The notes beneath the pieces were generated by a model. The model ran no database searches. It worked only from the letters and a program-made list of their open reading frames with translations, and had not been told where the DNA came from. Shown here piece after piece: positions 1-8,595 of a DNA stretch of 64,000 bases (position 1 is its first letter; each line of letters starts with the position of its first letter). Origin of the DNA: an uncultured Acidobacteriaceae bacterium (lineage in GTDB: Bacteria > Acidobacteriota > Terriglobia > Terriglobales > Acidobacteriaceae); assembly GCA_963767045.1 (NCBI GenBank), contig CAVYCQ010000003.1:658238-722237 (forward strand), in the 5' to 3' direction. Position numbers and translations under genes: made by a program.

Positions 1-1320
1 GTCAGGCGCCAGGCTGTTCCAATGGGTCTCGATCCGGCGCGCGATGTCGTAGTGTTCTCCCCAGTACTGGACTACCTTGGGATCCACTGCTCCGGTGGTG
101 CGATTAAACATCTCAAGCGGACGGCCATCCGGAGCGCGAGGCGAGAACACCCACTCGAATGAGGACAGCTGGCCGCCGTAGTCGCCTAAGACAGCCTCCA
201 GCTGCGCGAGCTGTTCCATGGTGGCCACTACCTTGGTATGCACGCGGACAATCGGCTGCGCCGATCCATCCTCACGGTGAAACATGTTGGCATGCGCCGC
301 ATATAAGTCGACTGTGCTGAAGGCGTGGAAGTCGCTGGGGTCAGGAGACGTCGACCACGTACCGCCAAAGATCTTTGGGTACGCTGTTTGCAGCCACAGC
401 GTCGCCCAACCACCGGAGGAGTGGCCCTGCAAAAACCGTCCGTTGAGGCGCGCATCCATGCGGTAGTGGGCTTCGAGGTATGGAATCAGTTCGGTGGTGA
501 GCGCTGTTCCCCAGGGGCCGTTGTTGACTCCGTCAGCAAATTCGTGGGTGCCGGCCGGGCTGCTCTCATCGAGCAGCACCCATATCATCTGCGGCATTTT
601 TCCGCTTTGCATGCGCTGATAAAGGAACGGCGCGTAGCGGCTGCGCAAGGAAGCCAACGTGTCGCCAAAGCCGTGGGTAAAGTAAACCGTCGGATAGCGT
701 TGCGCCGGATGCGAGCGATAGCCCGGCGGTAACAGGACCCAGCCCCGCATGGGAATATTCCGGCCCCAAAATTTGCTTAGCACCTGGCTGCGGAAGTCGA
801 CCGGCTCGAGCGCGGAGCGCAACTCCGGCGCATTGCTGAGCGGATCGGGCGGTTCCGGCACGCTCAACGTGAGGGTTAACGCGGGCGGCGCTTGTTGCTG
901 AGGATTCCAAGCCGGCAACTCGGCAACGTCACTCTCCAAGTCGCCCGGTGTGCGCCCGGAATAGTTGTACGTATGCCCGACATCGAGCACCGCTTGCACC
1001 TCGTAGTCGCCGGAAGGTGCGTTCGACAAGGGTCCGGGGAAGACGACATCGTCAGCATCGACGCTTACGGTTTCTCCGGGAGCGAGGTAACGTACCTCTT
1101 TCGCCGCAACGAAGGTGTTGGCGGGTGCCATCATGTTGCTATCGACTGCTTTGTCGCCGTGCCCCTTGGAAACAAAGAGCAGCAACCGCCCAGAAACTGG
1201 AGAGGAGAACTGCGGCCCGAGCGTAACGCGGAAGAACAGATGCTGGGGAAAACTTTGCTGTTGGGCCGCTGCCGTGAACGGTGCCAGGCAATAGATAAGG
1301 GTTAGTAGATAACGACGCAT
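1..1320 (-). CDS. secreted alpha/beta hydrolase, putative-esterase (enterochelin-esterase-like) family; 3' end runs off the window
   Basis: My own minus-strand translation: ATG at 1320..1318, open for 440 codons down to base 1. It is absent from the supplied ORF track because no stop lies in the window. N-terminus MRRYLLTLIYCLAPFTAAAQQ is signal-like. GHSSGGW nucleophile elbow (G-x-S-x-G) and YPTVYFTHGFGD block. Confidence 0.7.
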   Translation of the reverse strand, partial: MRRYLLTLIYCLAPFTAAAQQQSFPQHLFFRVTLGPQFSSPVSGRLLLFVSKGHGDKAVDSNMMAPANTFVAAKEVRYLAPGETVSVDADDVVFPGPLSNAPSGDYEVQAVLDVGHTYNYSGRTPGDLESDVAELPAWNPQQQAPPALTLTLSVPEPPDPLSNAPELRSALEPVDFRSQVLSKFWGRNIPMRGWVLLPPGYRSHPAQRYPTVYFTHGFGDTLASLRSRYAPFLYQRMQSGKMPQMIWVLLDESSPAGTHEFADGVNNGPWGTALTTELIPYLEAHYRMDARLNGRFLQGHSSGGWATLWLQTAYPKIFGGTWSTSPDPSDFHAFSTVDLYAAHANMFHREDGSAQPIVRVHTKVVATMEQLAQLEAVLGDYGGQLSSFEWVFSPRAPDGRPLEMFNRTTGAVDPKVVQYWGEHYDIARRIETHWNSLAPD

Positions 1321-1347
1321 TCCCAAATGTAACCTCTCCCCGATAGC

Positions 1348-1430
1348 AAGAGCTTTGGTGGGGCTTCGCCGCGTCTTTTTTTAACCCAGGTGGGCTGGTG
1401 CGAACCTGGGGCACCCGTCCTTCGTTTGGG
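1348..1430 (+). repeat. intergenic repeat family B, copy 1
   Basis: AAGAGCTTTGGTGGGGCTTCGCC..TTTTTTTAA, then stem CCCAGGT (1385-1391) / ACCTGGG (1404-1410), then GGGGCACCCGTCCTTCGTT core. Same architecture at 11151..11234 and 44521..44599, and partly at 44421..44490. Confidence 0.6.
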
Positions 1431-1438
1431 AACGAGGG

Positions 1439-4321
1439 TTATCGCTGGGGTGTGTTCAGCTTATCGATGGCGCGCTTCAGCTCTTCCAGCTTTTGCCCAG
1501 CCTCGGCCAGCTTGCCTTCCGCAGTCAGCCTTTGATAGTCGGTAAAGTCTTTGGCAGCTTCGGCAATGGTTGGCTTCAACTCCACTGCAGGCTGGGCCCC
1601 GGGCGCGGCGGCGGACGGCTGAGCCGATGACTGAGCAGCTCGCTGCGGTTCCACTGAGGTCAACGAGGAACCGCCTCCCGCAAAGAGCGCGGTGAGCGCC
1701 GCCTCGAAGGTTGACCCGTATGCCAGGCGGTCTTGCAGCGCCAGCACCACCAGGCGCAGCTCTGGCATGGGGCTGCGTTCCGCCTGCAGATAGATCGGCT
1801 CGGCGTACAGAAGCGCGCGCCCGGTTGGAATCACCAACAAAGTTCCGCGGCGCACGTGCGAGCCCTGCTGATTCCAGAGCGTCAATTGCCCGGAGAGCTG
1901 CGCGTTTTGATCGATGCGCGCCTCAATTTGCAGTGGTCCATCCACCAGCTTGTTCTTAGGAAAGTTGTAGACCACCGATGTGCCGTAGTGGTCGCCATCG
2001 CTGCGCCCGCCGATCCAACCGATCAAGTTGTTGCGGTTGGCAGGTGTAAAGGGCAGAATCTCTACAAACTCCATGCCGGTTTCATCCGGCAGCTTCATCA
2101 ATACGAAATTGGGCTGCATTGGTTGCGTGGTTTGGCCGCCCCCTTCGCTCATGCCGACTTCGGTGGCCACCGTCCACAAATCGTCGCGGTTGTAGAACAC
2201 CGCCGGGTCTGTCATGTGGTATAGCCCATAGACCTCTCCCTGCATTTTGAGCAACAGCTCGGGATAGCGCATATGCTTGCGCAAGCCGGAGGGCATTGCT
2301 GCCCCATCTTTGAATAGGCCGGGGAAAATATTCCGGTAGGCCGCGAGGATAGGGTCCTGGTTATCGAAAACGTAAAAGGTAGTTGATCCGTCGTAGGCGT
2401 CGATGACCACCTTGACGCTATTGCGCATGTAGTTGATGAGATCGTCGCCCAAACGGTAATGGGTCGAGTACGGATACTGATCGGAAGTGGTGAACCCATC
2501 CATCACCCACGAAAGCCTGCCATCCTCGCCGACCACCATGTAGGGATCGGGATCGTAGGTGAGGAACGGAGCTAAGGCTGCGACTCGATCGCGCACGTTG
2601 CGCCGCATCAGCAGGCGGCTCTGCGCGTTCACGTCATCGCTGAATGGTAACTTTCCCAGATCGCCGCGGTCGATGGCGAGCAAAATGCGGCGAAAAAAGC
2701 CACCCAGCTCGATGCCGCCGTTGCCCTGATACGAGGTGAGGTTGCTGCCCTGGCCCTGCGGGTAATCGAATTCCTGTTGGCGCGTTTTTACGTACACATC
2801 GGTATTCGTCAGCTCGCCAAAGTAAATCTCCGGGCGAGTCACGTGCAGGCTGGGCACGGTACTCTGCACCGGCATGTTGCTCAGGTATAGGGTGGGCAAG
2901 CCTTCCGACGTGAACCCGTTGACGGGATTCATGGTAATGCCGTAGCCGTGGGTATAGATCAGCTTTTCATTAATCCAATTACGGCTGCTCTCGGGCAGTT
3001 TATCCACGTTCAGCTCCCGCGTGGCGAGCATTACCTGGCGCAACGTGCCATCGATGACATAGCGATCGATGTCGATATCGGGAAAGTCGTAATAGGTACG
3101 GATTTCCTGAATCTGCCGCAGCGTGTCCTGCAGTGCCTGCCAATCCCACAAGCGGATATTCTGCAAGGTCGCTTGATTGTTCGCCGGGTCCGCCGCGCCG
3201 ACAGTGGTTTCCGCGGGAAACTCGCGCTGCGCGAACTTGTCCAATCCATACGCCTGGCGCGTCATCAGGATGTTGTGCGCTATATAAGGTTGCTCGCGGA
3301 CCAGCTCATTCGGTTTGACGATGAAGCTGCTCATCCACCAATCGGCCACTTGGACGCCGGCAAAACAGAGAGCGGCCGGAAGAACCGCGGCTATCAGCCA
3401 GCGTCCCCGGGCCACCGTGAGGGCGTTGGCGACAGCAGCCACGGCCCCGGCAACGAGCGCTACACAGACGAGCAGCAGGCCCGCGAGCGTGACGTGCGCG
3501 TCGGTGTAGGTAACCCCGCCGAAGACCGTATGATCGTCGAACAACAGATCATACCGGCCCAGGTACACACGCACGGCCAGGATCAGCAGAAGAAAAGCGA
3601 ACGTGATGGAAAGCCCGCGCCAGGGCAAGGTGAGATAGCTGCGGCGTTTGGCGAGCGCGCCAGCGCCCCCGGTGATGATGATGAAGAAGACGGCCACCGC
3701 GCAAGTAATAACGGCGAGCGTGAGCAGCCAGCCGGAGATGAGCTGCCACGCCGGCAGAGTAAAGAGAAAGAAGTTTACCGGCTTACCGAAAATCGGATCA
3801 ACCACACTGCCCGTGGCGCGCGGTGCGTACCAAAAGAGAGCCAGCGTCGGCCACTCCGCCATCATGCCTGCGCCCGTAACCAGGGCAATCACCAGCGATC
3901 CGCCGAGGGCCAGCAAGCGCATCACAGGCTCGACCGGGAGCTTCACCGGTTGTCCGCCAAAGAAGAAGGTATGGCTGCTCGGCAGATCAGGCAGATGCGC
4001 CCGCTTCAGAGCGAGAAAGGATGAATACAGAATGAAAAAGGTGGCTGCGGCAAAGAGCGCGAAGATGCTCCATTGAAGAACCAGCGTTTTCGAGAACACG
4101 CTTCCGTAGCCGAGCGATCGAAACCACAGCAGATCGACAAAATAGGAAACCGCGGTGCGGCCGCCAAAGACAATCACCGCAATGACCGCGAGCAGGATAA
4201 GGAAGCGGCGGCGGCGACGCCGCGGATTTTTCAGGGGCCAATCAAGAGAGGTGGGCATTGCTTTACTCATTCTACCGGCATTCCTGTCTAAGAGTTGCGA
4301 GCGACCGCGTATGGCGGGCAT
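1439..4321 (-). CDS. UPF0182 family membrane protein (COG1615-like)
   Basis: 960-aa ORF. N-terminal multi-TM region begins ..FVDLLWFRSLGY. Large soluble part carries YTHGYGI, RLWDWQ and IRTYYDF blocks that I recall from UPF0182. Alternative start MSKAMP at 4270. Confidence 0.8.
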   Translation of the reverse strand: MPAIRGRSQLLDRNAGRMSKAMPTSLDWPLKNPRRRRRRFLILLAVIAVIVFGGRTAVSYFVDLLWFRSLGYGSVFSKTLVLQWSIFALFAAATFFILYSSFLALKRAHLPDLPSSHTFFFGGQPVKLPVEPVMRLLALGGSLVIALVTGAGMMAEWPTLALFWYAPRATGSVVDPIFGKPVNFFLFTLPAWQLISGWLLTLAVITCAVAVFFIIITGGAGALAKRRSYLTLPWRGLSITFAFLLLILAVRVYLGRYDLLFDDHTVFGGVTYTDAHVTLAGLLLVCVALVAGAVAAVANALTVARGRWLIAAVLPAALCFAGVQVADWWMSSFIVKPNELVREQPYIAHNILMTRQAYGLDKFAQREFPAETTVGAADPANNQATLQNIRLWDWQALQDTLRQIQEIRTYYDFPDIDIDRYVIDGTLRQVMLATRELNVDKLPESSRNWINEKLIYTHGYGITMNPVNGFTSEGLPTLYLSNMPVQSTVPSLHVTRPEIYFGELTNTDVYVKTRQQEFDYPQGQGSNLTSYQGNGGIELGGFFRRILLAIDRGDLGKLPFSDDVNAQSRLLMRRNVRDRVAALAPFLTYDPDPYMVVGEDGRLSWVMDGFTTSDQYPYSTHYRLGDDLINYMRNSVKVVIDAYDGSTTFYVFDNQDPILAAYRNIFPGLFKDGAAMPSGLRKHMRYPELLLKMQGEVYGLYHMTDPAVFYNRDDLWTVATEVGMSEGGGQTTQPMQPNFVLMKLPDETGMEFVEILPFTPANRNNLIGWIGGRSDGDHYGTSVVYNFPKNKLVDGPLQIEARIDQNAQLSGQLTLWNQQGSHVRRGTLLVIPTGRALLYAEPIYLQAERSPMPELRLVVLALQDRLAYGSTFEAALTALFAGGGSSLTSVEPQRAAQSSAQPSAAAPGAQPAVELKPTIAEAAKDFTDYQRLTAEGKLAEAGQKLEELKRAIDKLNTPQR

Positions 4322-4399
4322 AGGCCACGAATTCCACTCGTAACTTCCTTGGAAACGTATACCGGCATATCATGGTGGCGACTTTCGGAGAACCTCCCC

Positions 4400-6103
4400 A
4401 TGGCCGCTAAAACAACCTCCTCCCGCTTCTCCTCCCAGCAACGCGTAGTGCTCGCCGGGAGCGAGAAGGCCTCCCTGTCCGCGGGCACCGGCGAAAAGCC
4501 TGCGCGGCCCAGCAGCGTCCTCACTGTTTCTGTCATCGTCCGGCGCAAGACTCCGCTCAACACTAAGCGCTTGGGCAAAGATCGCCTGACGCGCGCGCAG
4601 TATCGCCAGCAGCATGCCGCTGATCCAGCCGCGGTGACACTGGTGCGCGCGTTTGCGAAAGAGTTCGGGCTGACAGCAGAAAAGGACACGCCAAAGCCCG
4701 AGCGCCGCACCGTCAAGCTCACCGGCACCGTCACGGCTATGCAGAAGGCGTTTGGCGTTACACTCATGCAAAAGGTTCTGGACGGCGCCAACTATCGCGT
4801 TCGCGAAGGCAGCATTCATCTGCCGGCCGAACTTGCGGGCGCGGTCGAGGCTGTGCTCGGGCTCGATAATCGTCCCCAGGCCCAACCTCACTTTCGTGTA
4901 CTGGGTTCGACCTTCAATGCAGCCACGGGCGGCACGCAAGGCTTTGCCCGCGCGCACGCCGCCGCATCCGGCAGCTCGTTTACACCGGTCCAGGTGGGCC
5001 AGCTATACCAATTTCCCCAGGGGGCGACTGCGGCCGCGGGCCAGACCATCGGGATCATCGAGCTGGGTGGTGGCTATCGCACCGCGGATCTTACTGCCTA
5101 CTTCAAAGGACTGGGGCAAAAGGCGCCCAAGGTCACGGCTGTCTCCGTCGACAAGGGGAAAAACACTCCGGGCGACGCGAGCGGGGCAGATGGGGAAGTC
5201 ATGCTGGATATCGAGGTCTCGGCTTCCGTCGCCCCGGGGGCAAAGATCGTTGTCTATTTCGCGCCCAATACGGACCAGGGGTTCATCGATGCTGTCAGCA
5301 GCGCGGTCCACGACACGACCAACAAACCGAGCGTGATTTCGATCAGCTGGGGAGGGCCAGAATCCAGTTGGACCGCACAGGCCATGACCGCGCTCGACGC
5401 CGCCTGCCAGTCCGCTGCCGCCCTTGGCATCACCATAACCGTCGCTGCGGGCGACAACGGCTCGAGCGACGGAGCGACCGGTAATAACGTCGACTTCCCT
5501 GCCTCCAGCCCGCATGTACTGGCCTGTGGAGGAACCAAGCTCGTGGGCAGCGGCAGCACCATCACATCGGAAGTAGTGTGGAATGAACAGGCCAGCGGCG
5601 AGGGCGCGTCGGGTGGCGGAGTGAGCAACGTGTTCGCCCTGCCCTCGTGGCAGACGAATGCCAAAGTGCCGAAACCCTCGGGAAGTAAAGGCGGCCGTGG
5701 TGTTCCCGATGTTTGTGGAGACGCAGACCCGGTGACCGGTTACCAGGTGCGCGTGGATGGCCAGACCCTGATTATCGGTGGCACCAGCGCGGTTGCTCCG
5801 CTTTGGGCAGGGCTTATCGCGCTTAACAATCAGCAGAATGGAAGGAGCGCTGGTTTTATCCAACCCCAGATTTATGCTGCAAAGGCGGCGTCCGCCTTCC
5901 GCGATATTGTCTCAGGAAACAACGGCGCGTTTTCCGCCGGCCCCGGTTGGGATGCCTGCACCGGTCTCGGCTCTCCTATTGGGTCCAAAGTTATCAGCGT
6001 CCTCGGGGCGTCCGCGCCAACCAAGAAAAAGGGTGATCGTAAGAAACCTGTCCGCATGCGGCCGGCAAAGAAAAAGGGTGCTCGGCGCGCAAAGGCCAAA
6101 TAG
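4400..6103 (+). CDS. S53 family serine peptidase (sedolisin/kumamolisin-like) with N-terminal pro-domain
   Basis: ATG 4400 preceded by GGAG at 4387-4390. GEVMLDIE, SISWGG, AAGDNGS and GGTSAVAPLWAG blocks (Glu-Asp-Ser catalytic pattern of sedolisins). K/R-rich C-terminal tail. Confidence 0.88.
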   Translation: MAAKTTSSRFSSQQRVVLAGSEKASLSAGTGEKPARPSSVLTVSVIVRRKTPLNTKRLGKDRLTRAQYRQQHAADPAAVTLVRAFAKEFGLTAEKDTPKPERRTVKLTGTVTAMQKAFGVTLMQKVLDGANYRVREGSIHLPAELAGAVEAVLGLDNRPQAQPHFRVLGSTFNAATGGTQGFARAHAAASGSSFTPVQVGQLYQFPQGATAAAGQTIGIIELGGGYRTADLTAYFKGLGQKAPKVTAVSVDKGKNTPGDASGADGEVMLDIEVSASVAPGAKIVVYFAPNTDQGFIDAVSSAVHDTTNKPSVISISWGGPESSWTAQAMTALDAACQSAAALGITITVAAGDNGSSDGATGNNVDFPASSPHVLACGGTKLVGSGSTITSEVVWNEQASGEGASGGGVSNVFALPSWQTNAKVPKPSGSKGGRGVPDVCGDADPVTGYQVRVDGQTLIIGGTSAVAPLWAGLIALNNQQNGRSAGFIQPQIYAAKAASAFRDIVSGNNGAFSAGPGWDACTGLGSPIGSKVISVLGASAPTKKKGDRKKPVRMRPAKKKGARRAKAK

Positions 6104-6141
6104 TTTCTAATGACAAAAGAGAAGCGTCGAGTGCTGTGGTG

Positions 6142-6189
6142 CCCCACTCAAGCCAAAGTACGGCTTGAATGGGGCACCCAATCTTTGTT
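6142..6189 (+). repeat. intergenic repeat family A, copy 1 (hairpin plus GGGGCACCC core)
   Basis: CCCCACTCAAGCC (6142-6154) / loop AAAGTAC / GGCTTGAATGGGG (6162-6174), then CACCCAATCTTTGTT. Lies 39 nt after the S53 stop. Confidence 0.6.
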
Positions 6190-6229
6190 ACTGTTCATTC
6201 CTCCCTTAACTTGCGTTGCCCGCTAAGCT

Positions 6230-6370
6230 CACCCAGCAACCACTTTTGGGTGTCCCATTGCCCCGATTTCCTGGCGGAGTTTTGTGGCGTTGATAGACTC
6301 CATGCGCTTTTCCATAACGAAAGGCGCACGCGCGGACCCCCACTTGCACCGCATGGCAGGAAATGGGGTC
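6230..6370 (+). repeat. intergenic repeat family C, copy 1 (nested palindrome)
   Basis: Starts with the reverse-complemented core (CACCCAGCAACC..GGGTGTCCCAT). Outer arms CCCCGATTTCCTG (6261-6273) / CAGGAAATGGGG (6357-6368). Inner arms GCGCTTTTC (6304-6312) / GAAAGGCGC (6319-6327). Second copy at 36413..36565. Confidence 0.6.
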
Positions 6371-6509
6371 AAGCTTGTTTGTTTGACTTGAGTGAGTTGC
6401 CACGGGACTCGTTGCCTGATTCGTAACTACAACTTTGGCGTACAGTCCTGTGTAGATACACTCTTCACCTGTTACAAACTCGTGGTTTAGCATCGGGATG
6501 GGCTAAACC

Positions 6510-8591
6510 ATGCGGAAATTGGGATGGAGTCTGATCCTTGGCACGACAGCACTTCTTGCTGGATGCAGTTCGGGCAACCAGCCCCCTTCGAGTACAACCC
6601 AACCGAGTACCCTGACGCTCACCACAACTTCCCTTCCCGCAGGAACAGTGGGCGCAGCGTATACCAGTCTGGTGGCCGCATCTGGGGGCGCCACGCCGTA
6701 CACCTACAGCGCGGCCAGCCTGCCCAGCGGCCTCTCGATCAACGGCGCGACCGGCGCCATCACGGGCACGCCGGCGCAGAGCGCCGTGGGGACTGCCTCA
6801 GTAACTATCAAGGTGACGGATTCGACAGCCCCTTCGCCGCAGTCGGCTACCACCAATTTAAGCATCAAGATCAGCCCGGCCAAGTTGGCCGTGACCACAA
6901 CGTCTCTCCCCAGCGGCGCGGTAGCGTCGCACTATCCATCAACTACCCTGCAAGCGTCCGGCGGGGTCAGTCCTTATACATGGGCGCTGGCATCCGGCGG
7001 CAGCCTGCCCGCGGGGTTGAATGTTTCTGCCGCAGGAGTTTTGTCCGGCACGCCTGCGGCTGGGTCCGGCGGACCCTATTCGCTGACGTTCGTAGTCACG
7101 GATTCTTCTGCTCCTCCGCAGACCGCCCAGTCTACGCTTTCGCTTACCATATCCGGTGGGCCGGCCCTTAGCCTCACCACGACCGCACTGCCGAACGCCA
7201 CCGTGAACATGGCCTACTCAACGACATTGGCAGCAGCGGGTGGAGTGCCTCCATACATCTTTACTCTTGCCGCTGGTGCTGCGCTACCTGTGGGATTAAA
7301 CCTATCCTCCGCAGGCGTGATCAGCGGTACACCCACCAAAACGGGAGCCACGGCCTTCTCCGTCCAGGTAGTGGATTCGAATACGCCCACTCCGCTTTCG
7401 CAGACGGGCAATCTCAGCATCACGGTGAACGCAACAGCCGGGCCGTCATGCGGCAACATGAGCACAGGGAACGGAGCCAGTCTCAACGGCTACGTGCCCT
7501 TGCCAGCCTCGAACCTCTGGAACACAAACATTGCCTCCGCCGCGGTGGATCCCAACTCAGCGGCCATCATCACCGCGCTTACCGGAAGCAACCTGCACCC
7601 GGACTTCTCCAACGTTGTCGATGGAAACTACGGAATACCCTACGTTGTGGTGGACTCGAGCGTCACTCCAGGCGTGCCGGTGACGATGAACACCTATGCC
7701 AGCGAAAGCGACATCACTCTCTATCCGATTCCCTTGACTGCTCCCATCGAAGGCTTCCCGCCCACTTGCTCCACCACGGGAGACAACCATTTGATCGTGG
7801 TGGACAAGAATCAATGTTGGATCTATGAGACTTGGCAGACGCAACTGTGCAACGGCGCGTGGAGTGCGGCCAACGGAGCCATCTGGGATCTGAGCAGCAC
7901 TGAGCACCGACCTTATGGATGGACCTCGGCCGATGCCGCGGGTCTTCCCATCTTTCCCGGGTTGGTGCGCTATGACGAGGTGGCGGCCGGCGCGATCAAG
8001 CACGCCATCCGCGTAACCGTGGCCCAAACCAAGAGCGATGCCAACGGCGGATATTTTGTAGCTCCGGCCACCCATGCGTCGGGCAACAACTCAACCACCA
8101 ACAACATCATGGGTATGCGGCTGCGGCTCAAGGCGAGTTTCGATATCTCCGGCTTCAGCGCGGCCAACCAGGTGATCCTCAAAGCCATGCAAAATTACGG
8201 CCTGATCGTCGCCGATAACGGGAGCAATATGTTCTTCCAGGGCGCGCCGAATGCGAACTGGGACGATAACGATCTGGACGCATTGAAAGCGATCGATGCA
8301 TCGAGTTTCGACGTAGTGCAAATGGGAACCGTGTACGATGATGCGACCGCTCCGACGGGCGCCTTACCCACCATCAGCAGCTTCACCGCCTCGCAGACCA
8401 CGGTACCGGCCGGCACGCCGGTAACGTTGAGCTGGACTGTCGCCAACGACTCCTACGACTTCATCGATGTCGTCGGCCCGGTGCGTGGAGGGACGCAAAC
8501 GGTCATTCCCACAGCAACGACCACTTACACATTAAACTCAACCAACCAGTACGGGCGTTCGACCATGGCGGTTACAGTGACTGTGCAGTAG
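6510..8591 (+). CDS. lipoprotein with three tandem Ig-like (putative-Ig / He_PIG-like) repeats and a large uncharacterised C-terminal domain
   Basis: Signal peptide plus lipobox (LLAGC). Three repeats of about 95 aa with the pattern TTSLP.G.V...Y...L.ASGG..PY......LP.GL......G.ISGTP. About 390 aa of non-repetitive C-terminal sequence. Confidence 0.8.
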   Translation: MRKLGWSLILGTTALLAGCSSGNQPPSSTTQPSTLTLTTTSLPAGTVGAAYTSLVAASGGATPYTYSAASLPSGLSINGATGAITGTPAQSAVGTASVTIKVTDSTAPSPQSATTNLSIKISPAKLAVTTTSLPSGAVASHYPSTTLQASGGVSPYTWALASGGSLPAGLNVSAAGVLSGTPAAGSGGPYSLTFVVTDSSAPPQTAQSTLSLTISGGPALSLTTTALPNATVNMAYSTTLAAAGGVPPYIFTLAAGAALPVGLNLSSAGVISGTPTKTGATAFSVQVVDSNTPTPLSQTGNLSITVNATAGPSCGNMSTGNGASLNGYVPLPASNLWNTNIASAAVDPNSAAIITALTGSNLHPDFSNVVDGNYGIPYVVVDSSVTPGVPVTMNTYASESDITLYPIPLTAPIEGFPPTCSTTGDNHLIVVDKNQCWIYETWQTQLCNGAWSAANGAIWDLSSTEHRPYGWTSADAAGLPIFPGLVRYDEVAAGAIKHAIRVTVAQTKSDANGGYFVAPATHASGNNSTTNNIMGMRLRLKASFDISGFSAANQVILKAMQNYGLIVADNGSNMFFQGAPNANWDDNDLDALKAIDASSFDVVQMGTVYDDATAPTGALPTISSFTASQTTVPAGTPVTLSWTVANDSYDFIDVVGPVRGGTQTVIPTATTTYTLNSTNQYGRSTMAVTVTVQ

Positions 8592-8595
8592 CACA

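Noticed and set aside
2948-4024. 358-aa plus-strand ORF, and other 60-160-aa ORFs, inside 1439..4321
   Set aside because: They are antisense or off-frame to the UPF0182 gene, are Arg/Gly/Gln/His-rich with low complexity, and have no RBS or motifs.
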